A stretch of DNA of 32,000 bases from Okeania sp. (GTDB lineage: Bacteria; Cyanobacteriota; Cyanobacteriia; Cyanobacteriales; Microcoleaceae): contig NZ_JAYKGW010000106.1 in NCBI RefSeq assembly GCF_035285525.1, forward strand, positions 3,901-35,900, read 5' to 3'. The notes under the pieces are model-generated. The model was not told the origin of the DNA. It saw only the letters and a list, made by a program, of their open reading frames with translations, and searched no databases. The translations under genes were made by a program, and so were the position numbers. Shown here one piece after another: positions 24,928 through 32,000 of this stretch. Every line of letters starts with the position of its first letter. Positions within the stretch are counted from its first letter, which is position 1.

Positions 24928-27900
24928 TTAACTATTAGCCTCAATTATTCCTTCTGCTTCGAGAGCGATCGCCCTCAATTTTTCTAAGGTTTTTTGATTA
25001 GCAGATTGCCATAAACCTCGTTGATTTACTTCTAATAATCTTTCTGCCATATCTCGCAATACCCAAGGATTTTTTGCTTGAATAAATGATTGTACAGTTT
25101 CATCAAAAATATAAGCTTCAGCTACTCCTTGATACATAAAATCTTCTACACATTTTGCCGTTACATCATAAGCAAATAAATAGTCTATTGTTGCTGCCAT
25201 TTCAAAGGCTCCTTTATAACCATGACGCATAACTCCAGCTATCCATTTAGGATTAATAACTCGCGAACGATAAACCCTAGAAATTTGTTCTTTTAATTGT
25301 CTAACTTTAGGATTTTCTGGCATAGAATTATCTCCAAAATAAGTATGAGGATTTTTGCCTGTTAAAACACGAACTGCCACAGTCATTCCTCCTTGAAATT
25401 GATAATAATCATCTGAGTCTAATAAGTCATGTTCTCTATTATCTTGATTATGCAAAACTATTTGCATTTTTTGGAGACGTTGGGAAAATGCTTCTGGAGA
25501 ATTTATCGCTCTTTTTTCAGGATTAAAACTATTATTAATTCCTGTATAAGCATAACTACTCCAATTAATATAAGCTCTGGCTAAATCTCGATCGTCTTGC
25601 CAATTTTGAGATTCAATTAAACCTTGTAAACCTGCACCATAAGCCCCTGGTTTAGAACCAAATATTCTATATTGAGAACGTGCTTTTGCCTGAACTTCAG
25701 TTAACCCTAATTCTTGCCAATATTTAACTTCTTTTTTAACTTGAGCAGCTAAAGGATTTTCTGTTTCTGGTTCATCTAAATTAGCTACAGCAATAACAGC
25801 TTGGTCAAATAAATCAATAATATTAGGAAAAGCATCTCTGAAGAAACCAGAAATTCTTAAAGTTACATCTACACGAGGTCTTCCTAATATTGAAACTGGC
25901 AAAATTTCAAAGTCAATAACTCTTCTAGAAGGTCTATCCCAAACAGGTTTTACTCCTAATAAGGCGAGTGCTTCAGCAATATCATCTCCACCAGTTCGCA
26001 TGGTAGAAGTTCCCCATATTGATAACCCTAAAGTTTGAGGATATTCACCATTTTCTTGAGTGTATCTTTCGATTAAGTTTTCTGCTGCTAACTGCCCTAT
26101 TCTCCAAGCAGTTTCTGTAGGAATAGCGCGAATATCTACAGAGTAAAAATTGCGACCTGTTGGTAAAACATCTGGTCTACCTCTGGTCGGAGCGCCAGAT
26201 GAACCACTAGGGATATATTTACCATCTAATCCTATTAATAAGTTAGTAATTTCTTGATTAGTTTTTTGCAGAGCAGGTAGAAGATTTTGGCGAATCCATT
26301 CTAATTCTTTGTTTGTGTCTGGAAAGGGAGAATTAATCATATTTTGGTTAATTAAATTTTCGACTAAGTTAGCTGCTTTTTGTTCGAGTAATTCCACAGC
26401 ATCACCCAGAGTACGACAAGATTTTTCATCTATTAATAAGTTCTGATTAATCATTGTCGAAAAATCATCGGTTAGGGGGTCAAAATCTAAGTTTAAATCT
26501 TTAGCTAAAGCACGAGTTAAACCTAAACGAGTTGTGCTGGGATGACGAGCGATCGCTATGATTAAATCTCGTAGTTGTTGACCTTGGGGAGGTTGACCAA
26601 ATATATGTAAACCATCACGAATTTGTGCTTCTTTTAATTCGCAAAGATAACCATCTATATTAGTAATTAGTTTGGCAAATTTAGTATTTTTATCGGGAAA
26701 TTTCGACTCATTTGCTTCTGGATGTGAGAGAAAGTCTGAGGATTTTTCAGAAGTGGAAAAGTCAGAAGTTACATCTTCAAATTCTAAAAAATTAGTAGAA
26801 TTAATCTGTACATCCTTGGCAAAAGTCGTGTTATCTGAGTCTTTTTCTAAAAATGATAAATCTTTATCTAAACCTTCTTTTTCTATCAAATTAATTATTC
26901 GTTCCCTAATTACAGATAACCGAGACGGAGCTAAACTTTGTGCCTCATAATATTCATCAATCAAAGTTTCTAATTCCTGTAAAGAACCATAAATTTCAGC
27001 ACGAGTCATAGGTGGAGTTAAATGATCTATAATAACAGCTTGCGACCTCCGTTTAGCTTGGGAGCCTTCTCCTGGATCGTTAACAATAAAAGGATAAAAA
27101 TGTGGCAAAGCACCGATAGCTATTTCTGGAAAACATTCTTGAGATAAACCGACACTTTTACCAGGCAACCATTCTAAATTTCCATGTTTTCCCACATGAA
27201 TAATTGCATCTATTTTAAATTTTTCTCTTAACCAATAATAGAAAGCTAAATAATCAGGAGTTGGTTCCAAGTCTGGAGCATGATAATTTAAACTAGGGTC
27301 AATATCGTAACCCCGCGAAGGTTGAATACCGACAAAAATATTCCCTAGCTGAATACCTGAAATGGGAAAATTATCAGTTTCTTTATCTTTCTCAAATTCT
27401 GAATAATAACTAGAAACATCTTGGGAAAAAGATGCTAGAACTTTTGTGGAATTAATCCGTGTATCTGTGGCAAAATTTCTGTCTTTATCTTTCTCAAATT
27501 CTGAAAAATTCCTAGAAACATCTTGGGAAAAAGATGAGGCAATTTTTGTGGAATTAATCTCTACATTTGTTGTAAAATCCTTGTCTGTATCTTTATCAAA
27601 TTCTCCATCATTATCTTTCTGAAATCCTGAAAAATCCCTAGAAACATCTTTAGGAAAAGATGAGGAAATTTTTGTAGAATTAATCTGTGTATTCGTGGCA
27701 AAATCCGTGTGTGCCGTGGCAAAATATTTATCATTCTTATTCCCCCATCTCTGAATAACTTTTTCCCTTGCAACCTCTGGCAAACTAGCCAAATAAGTTT
27801 CAAATTCTGCCAAAGATAAAGACTGAAAAACAGGACGTAATTCCCGACTTTCCAAATCATTTGTTACTCCAGAAGTCAAACGTTTAATTAACTCATCCCC

Positions 27901-29361
27901 CGTTGCCGGAATATTTTCCAAATAATAACCAGCACCTTCTAAAGCTTGAATAATTTCTACACAACTAGCAGGAGTATCTAACCCCACTCCATTAGCAAGA
28001 CGACCATCACGATTAGGATAATTTGCTAATATTAATGCAATACGACGTTGAGATACTGGAGTTTGTCGTAACTTGATCCAATTAGCAGTTAATTCTGATA
28101 CAAACTCAATCCTATCTTGAACCGGAAAATAACTAACTACATCTGTTTCTATCTCAGAATTCCAAACTTGAACTGCCTTAAAAGAAACTGCCCGACTAAT
28201 AATATTTCCATCTACCTCCGGCAAGGCAATATTCATTGCTACATCCCTTGGAGAAAGACCTTGAAATTCACTTTTCCACTGGTCAAAATTCCCACCACTA
28301 AAAATTACTTGTAAAACTGGAATGTCTAAATTTTTCCCATTTCTTAATAAGGGAGGAAAAGAAAAATTTTCTAATTCTAAATCTTGCTTATATTTTGATT
28401 TTTGGTTTAATACTTCACCGTCTACAGAGTGTTGATAATTGTTTGAGTTTTGAGTCCCCATCCACTTTTTCCTTCTTCCTTTTTCTTCCCCCCTTTCAAA
28501 GGGGGGCGAGGGGGGATTCCTTCTTCCTTCTTCCTTTTTCCTTCTTCCTTCTTCATTTACAACAGAAACAGCAAAACTGGTTGTATTTAATAATAATTGA
28601 ATTGCCTCAGCATTTTCAGGTTGAAAATACTCTAATATTTCTCCTTGTACTTCTATATCTCTAGGAGAAGAAACAAACACCGGAATAGGTTCTAAATTTT
28701 TTTCTATTAAACCTTGGCAAAGAGCATCTATCGGAGCAACATTTCCAGACAAATAATGAGCGCGATAAAATAATATTCCAACTTTTGCCTTTGCGCTTTT
28801 CTCTCCTTTTTGCAAAGGATAAATTCCCACTCGCGGTACTGGTACAGGTGAGGCAAAATCATAACTTTTTCCCAAACAAATATTAGCGATAAACTTCAAA
28901 CCATTAACACAATTATCAACCCCACCTTCTATTAAATATTGCCAGAATTGATTAACCAAAGAAATTGCCACATTAGAATGACTAATTAAATCTGGATCGG
29001 GGTGGTCATCTCCAGGAATTACTATTAGTTTCGCCCGATGTTTTTCTATCACTTCTAATAAAACTTCCAAACCATAAGACCAATATGAACGCCCCCCCAA
29101 AAGTCGAACAATAATTACTTTTGCCTTAGACAAAATATCATCAGTATAAGTATCAATAGTTAACTGCTGTTGTAAATGAAGTAAATTAGCAACTCGCATT
29201 TTTGGAAAATCTAAAGGTAACTTATTAACCGCTGCTGCTAATGTTTGAATATCCGTATCTGCCGCAGTTAAAAATATTATTGGTGCAGGAGTTTGTTCGA
29301 TAAAAATTACCCCCTCTGCTTGAGGGTTCCAACCGCCAGGAGTAGCTGCTATTCGGTGCAT
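24928..29361 (-). CDS. cobN: cobaltochelatase subunit CobN, with three in-frame repeat-derived insert blocks
   Basis: 1477 aa. The N-terminus MHRIAATPGGWN...FLTAADTDIQTLA is typical of CobN. The CobN/Mg-chelatase body includes HVGKHGNLEWLPGK, AKRRSQAVIIDHLTPP, IWGTSTMRTGGDDIAE and VINPKWI. Confidence 0.92.
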   Translation of the reverse strand: MHRIAATPGGWNPQAEGVIFIEQTPAPIIFLTAADTDIQTLAAAVNKLPLDFPKMRVANLLHLQQQLTIDTYTDDILSKAKVIIVRLLGGRSYWSYGLEVLLEVIEKHRAKLIVIPGDDHPDPDLISHSNVAISLVNQFWQYLIEGGVDNCVNGLKFIANICLGKSYDFASPVPVPRVGIYPLQKGEKSAKAKVGILFYRAHYLSGNVAPIDALCQGLIEKNLEPIPVFVSSPRDIEVQGEILEYFQPENAEAIQLLLNTTSFAVSVVNEEGRRKKEEGRRNPPSPPFERGEEKGRRKKWMGTQNSNNYQHSVDGEVLNQKSKYKQDLELENFSFPPLLRNGKNLDIPVLQVIFSGGNFDQWKSEFQGLSPRDVAMNIALPEVDGNIISRAVSFKAVQVWNSEIETDVVSYFPVQDRIEFVSELTANWIKLRQTPVSQRRIALILANYPNRDGRLANGVGLDTPASCVEIIQALEGAGYYLENIPATGDELIKRLTSGVTNDLESRELRPVFQSLSLAEFETYLASLPEVAREKVIQRWGNKNDKYFATAHTDFATNTQINSTKISSSFPKDVSRDFSGFQKDNDGEFDKDTDKDFTTNVEINSTKIASSFSQDVSRNFSEFEKDKDRNFATDTRINSTKVLASFSQDVSSYYSEFEKDKETDNFPISGIQLGNIFVGIQPSRGYDIDPSLNYHAPDLEPTPDYLAFYYWLREKFKIDAIIHVGKHGNLEWLPGKSVGLSQECFPEIAIGALPHFYPFIVNDPGEGSQAKRRSQAVIIDHLTPPMTRAEIYGSLQELETLIDEYYEAQSLAPSRLSVIRERIINLIEKEGLDKDLSFLEKDSDNTTFAKDVQINSTNFLEFEDVTSDFSTSEKSSDFLSHPEANESKFPDKNTKFAKLITNIDGYLCELKEAQIRDGLHIFGQPPQGQQLRDLIIAIARHPSTTRLGLTRALAKDLNLDFDPLTDDFSTMINQNLLIDEKSCRTLGDAVELLEQKAANLVENLINQNMINSPFPDTNKELEWIRQNLLPALQKTNQEITNLLIGLDGKYIPSGSSGAPTRGRPDVLPTGRNFYSVDIRAIPTETAWRIGQLAAENLIERYTQENGEYPQTLGLSIWGTSTMRTGGDDIAEALALLGVKPVWDRPSRRVIDFEILPVSILGRPRVDVTLRISGFFRDAFPNIIDLFDQAVIAVANLDEPETENPLAAQVKKEVKYWQELGLTEVQAKARSQYRIFGSKPGAYGAGLQGLIESQNWQDDRDLARAYINWSSYAYTGINNSFNPEKRAINSPEAFSQRLQKMQIVLHNQDNREHDLLDSDDYYQFQGGMTVAVRVLTGKNPHTYFGDNSMPENPKVRQLKEQISRVYRSRVINPKWIAGVMRHGYKGAFEMAATIDYLFAYDVTAKCVEDFMYQGVAEAYIFDETVQSFIQAKNPWVLRDMAERLLEVNQRGLWQSANQKTLEKLRAIALEAEGIIEANS
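27370..27702 (-). repeat. three tandem in-frame coding repeats inside cobN (126, 102 and 105 nt)
   Basis: Codons 554-595, 596-629 and 630-664 read F(A/T)TNxxINSTK(I/V)xxSF(P/S)(K/Q)DVSxxFSxFxKDxD.... A related copy is at codons 847-880 (within 26671-26856). Confidence 0.85.
28465..28554 (-). repeat. GGAAGAA-type heptamers plus C6-TTTCAAA-G6 palindrome, in frame inside cobN
   Basis: Encodes EEGRRKKEEGRRNPPSPPFERGEEKGRRKK (cobN codons 270-299). The palindrome is at 28488-28506. Confidence 0.85.
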
Positions 29362-29842
29362 AATTTTATTGTCTAAAAAACCTAATTATTTTATCATAAT
29401 AAGCATTCAAATATTAGCATCAGCTCGTAATTTTTTTAATTAGTAAAGCCAGCTTTCTTTTAACTTCTACTACATTTTTAACAATAAATCTCAGTTGTCA
29501 AGCTATATAATTTGTGGCAGTAAATTATAGATGTCTTTCAGTAGCTGATAACTGACAGGTAAATGCTAGTTATCAATAAAATTCTTTGACCATCAAAATT
29601 TTTTCTGTGGTTGTTGTAAAATTAAATTTAATAGTAAATAAAATATTCAGCTATTAGCAGTCAGCTCTCAGCAAAAGGAATAATTTTAAATACAATATAC
29701 AGCTTTGGTAATTAAGATTTAATTCTGACTTAATTAGTAAAGCTTTTATCTAAAACTAAAATCAATAACTTTTAGCACAGCTCCGACCCAGGAAGCTAGC
29801 TGACGACTGAGTATTTACAGTAGATAAATTTTTAAATCAGAA

Positions 29843-30334
29843 ATGGAAATGATAGAAATAAATTTGACAACCTGGAGAATATTCTCAATATTATTATCAA
29901 TATTTGTCGGAATCTTCAGTGGAATAGGAGGTTATTTATTTACTAAATATCAAATATCTCAAGTTCCAATGCAAATTGAAGAAAATCTCTCTTTAATATC
30001 TTTAACAGGTATAGTTATAGAAAAACCTTGGAGTAAAACTACTGAGTCTTGGGTGGCAGGAGATAGCAATTATTATGTCTTAGATGTGGGAGATTTAGAA
30101 ATAGAAAAACGTTCCGCTGAAGAAGGTGTAATTTTGCGTGCTTCAGAAGCGATCGCTTGGGAAACTTTTGTCAAATATGTCGGAATAAAAGTGGAAATAA
30201 AAGGAGAATATGTTGATAGTAAACCGTATCAACCAAAGAGTGTTTATGAGTCTTTTCCAATGGGAATGGATGGCAAACCTTTACCTAGAGGAGCAGGGTT
30301 TAAAGTTTATGAAATTAGGGTGTTAGATGAGTAA
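29843..30334 (+). CDS. hypothetical protein with N-terminal TM anchor
   Basis: 163-codon ORF. TM segment WRIFSILLSIFVGIFSGIGGYLF. I recognise no family. Confidence 0.5.
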   Translation: MEMIEINLTTWRIFSILLSIFVGIFSGIGGYLFTKYQISQVPMQIEENLSLISLTGIVIEKPWSKTTESWVAGDSNYYVLDVGDLEIEKRSAEEGVILRASEAIAWETFVKYVGIKVEIKGEYVDSKPYQPKSVYESFPMGMDGKPLPRGAGFKVYEIRVLDE

Positions 30335-30461
30335 ATACAGCATATTTTTGGCAAATGAAGTACAGGTTAAATCGCCAAATTATTGTAGTGCGGGAATCTT
30401 GCCAGCGACAGATGTATATCATAACAACGAAAATCCCTGTATTAGTTGTTTTATTAAAGTT

Positions 30462-30605
30462 AAAAATTGACTACTTCTAATCTTTCCCCTAACCCAAAGA
30501 TAGAGAAAATTTCTATCTTTCCAACTCTACTATTTATTTGAGAAGGAAAAATTTACTACTTCTAATCTTTCCCCTAACCCAAAGATAGAGAAAATTTCTA
30601 TCTTT
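30462..30605 (+). repeat. tandem repeat, 2 x 59-bp conserved blocks with an 85-bp period, each with a 9-bp-stem hairpin
   Basis: The block aaaaatt(g/t)actacttctaatctttcccctaacccAAAGATAGAgaaaatttTCTATCTTT is at 30462-30520 and 30547-30605, between convergent genes. Confidence 0.85.
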
Positions 30606-30689
30606 TCGATTTCAATATTTAACTAAAAGGAAAAAAATAAATAATACTTCTTTATATTAAATCCTCTCAATTTTAATCAGAGGTAATTA

Positions 30690-31889
30690 TCAATTATCAA
30701 TTCTAGATATGTGTGGTCTAGAAATACTATTTTTAAACATTTCCTCTAAACTTTTATTTCTCACATTTTCCGATTCTTTTCCCCACTTCCATATACTTTC
30801 ATAGAAAAAGAAAGATACTCCAGAAAAATTTCTCTTCCTCACAGCTTCCACTTGTTCTTCAACTATTTTTATTGGAGTCGAATTATTTCTCAAACCAGTC
30901 ATAATTCCAATGGCAAAATTAATATCATTTTTTACTAATTTAACCTCCGTTTGTTCCAACTCATAAATAAAACGTTTCATATCTGAACGATAAACCTGTA
31001 AAACAATTTCATCAATCCATTTTTCTGTTGCCCAAGTAAACCAGTCTTGTAAATAAACAGGTAAAGCAAAGTGCAAAGGATTCGGAGATATAGAAATAAT
31101 ACAGTCAGGTTTTATCGCTTTTATTTCTTTAGAAATTCTTTCCATGAAACTATTAATTTTATCAGCTCGCCAACGCACCCAAAAACTTTCTTTAGAATTT
31201 TCAGAAGGCGATAAACCATCAAGTTCTTTTTCATATAATTTAACTGTAAAATCATCATAACCAAATTCCCCAGGCAAACCAAAATGGTCGTCAAATTGAA
31301 TCCCATCAACATCGTATTTAGTAACAATTTCCAGAACTAAATCTATTATAAATTGTTGTACTTCTGGATGAAAAGGATTCAGCCAAACTCGTGGATATTC
31401 ACCTTCCATTTTTATAGTATTTCCATCCCGACGTTTTGTTAACCAATTAGGATGTAATTTCGCTAATTCTGAATCTGCTGGTGCCATGAAACCAAATTCA
31501 AACCAAGGAATAATTGTTAAGCCTTTTTCATGTCCTTCACTAACAATTTCTTGTAAAAAATCTCGCCCTTGTAAACCAGGTGTAGGATCTAAAGATTTGC
31601 CAAATACTTGTTGTGCTACTTGACTAGGATAGAAAGTATAACCTCCTTGCCAAACAGTGGGATAGAGTGTGTTGAAGTTGAGATTTGCTAAACGATTTAC
31701 TGCTGCTTTTGTCGCTGTACTAGAAAATAAAACATCGCTATCTATATTAGTTATCCAAACACCACGAATTTCGGTTTTGGGTTGTGCAGTTTTGCTAATT
31801 TTAGTAGAGGCAAATACCAGTACAATTGCCGTAAAAATTGCAATTAATATTAAGGTAATAGTTCGGAAATTTGATTTTGATTTAAACAT
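30690..31889 (-). CDS. glycoside-hydrolase-like family 10 (GHL10/UPF0748, YngK/YddW-like) protein with signal anchor
   Basis: 399 aa. N-terminal TM segment, then RGVWITN..., IIPWFEFGF, DGIQFDDHF motifs typical of the TIM-barrel GHL10 family. Confidence 0.8.
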   Translation of the reverse strand: MFKSKSNFRTITLILIAIFTAIVLVFASTKISKTAQPKTEIRGVWITNIDSDVLFSSTATKAAVNRLANLNFNTLYPTVWQGGYTFYPSQVAQQVFGKSLDPTPGLQGRDFLQEIVSEGHEKGLTIIPWFEFGFMAPADSELAKLHPNWLTKRRDGNTIKMEGEYPRVWLNPFHPEVQQFIIDLVLEIVTKYDVDGIQFDDHFGLPGEFGYDDFTVKLYEKELDGLSPSENSKESFWVRWRADKINSFMERISKEIKAIKPDCIISISPNPLHFALPVYLQDWFTWATEKWIDEIVLQVYRSDMKRFIYELEQTEVKLVKNDINFAIGIMTGLRNNSTPIKIVEEQVEAVRKRNFSGVSFFFYESIWKWGKESENVRNKSLEEMFKNSISRPHISRIDN

Positions 31890-32000
31890 AAAATTTTTAG
31901 TGTATTTGATTTTTTTTAGTAAGCGATCGCTCTAATTCAGACATTGATAATTTATCTAAACATAAATAGTCTTCAAATTCAATGCTTAGCATTTTTTCCT

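Noticed and set aside
26672-28664. ORFs 26672-26950 (+), 27561-27860 (-, other frame), 28117-28314 (+) and 28395-28664 (+) within cobN
   Set aside because: They are alternative-frame or antisense ORFs that open up mainly where the low-complexity repeat inserts lie. The cobN frame is continuous and homologous throughout.
29362-29842. Possible cobalamin riboswitch in the 481-bp region upstream of cobN
   Set aside because: I read the minus strand for a B12 box (AGYCMGG.AGACCKGCC-like) and a GCCACTG element and found neither. The only GC-rich patch (29781-29815) is the end of a CAGCTAT-family repeat also present at 6941-7097. An Infernal scan would be decisive.
31121-31935. ORFs 31121-31327 (-, other frame) and 31669-31935 (+)
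   Set aside because: They overlap the GHL10-like gene, which has clear family motifs.
31897-31992. 31-codon minus-strand ORF (MLSIEFEDYLCLDKLSMSELERSLTKKNQIH) with AGGA upstream, ending 8 nt before the GHL10-like gene
   Set aside because: It is too short, with no recognisable family, and it sits at the window edge. I cannot distinguish it from chance.

Overview
AT-rich cyanobacterial chromosomal segment. I found 13 copies of the HIP1 octamer GCGATCGC by eye, and the gene content is typically cyanobacterial.

Coding content: about two-thirds of the window is ordinary housekeeping coding sequence. In order: pdhB (3' part), secD-secF, a small membrane protein, an M23/LytM-like protein, the primary sigma factor sigA, a CBS-CP12 fusion protein, a DEDDy 3'-5' exonuclease, a 57-codon small ORF, two tandem pentapeptide-repeat proteins, ilvD, a small LRAT/NlpC-P60-like protein, an FHA-domain class A penicillin-binding protein, urtB and urtA (urea ABC transporter), a 1477-codon cobN, a hypothetical membrane-anchored protein, and a GHL10/UPF0748-type glycoside-hydrolase-like protein.

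Non-coding content: the remaining third is unusually long spacers (up to about 1.55 kb) packed with repeats. These include STRR-like heptamer runs (TAATTAT, CAGTTAT, CAGCTAT and GGAAGAA types), at least four families of 90-250 bp inverted-repeat (MITE-like) elements, a 90-bp hairpin array, and perfect tandem duplications.

What I did not find: no rRNA, tRNA, CRISPR array, transposase, integrase or recognisable defence/toxin operon. I do not see a convincing novel multi-gene system.

What is unusual is how the repeats interact with genes:
- In-frame repeat blocks inside cobN.
- A 41-bp duplicate of the cobN 3' end that brackets a 784-bp segment containing a decayed small gene.
- Inverted ~150-bp repeats bracketing urtA.
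- Single genes (ilvD, CBS-CP12) bracketed by same-orientation repeat copies.
- Heptamer runs that supply stop codons.
- A 221-nt pure pyrimidine tract abutting a start codon.
- Repeats inserted between secD and secF.

Organism: low GC plus long repeat-filled spacers is reminiscent of Trichodesmium-like filamentous Oscillatoriales. This is inference only and cannot be verified here.
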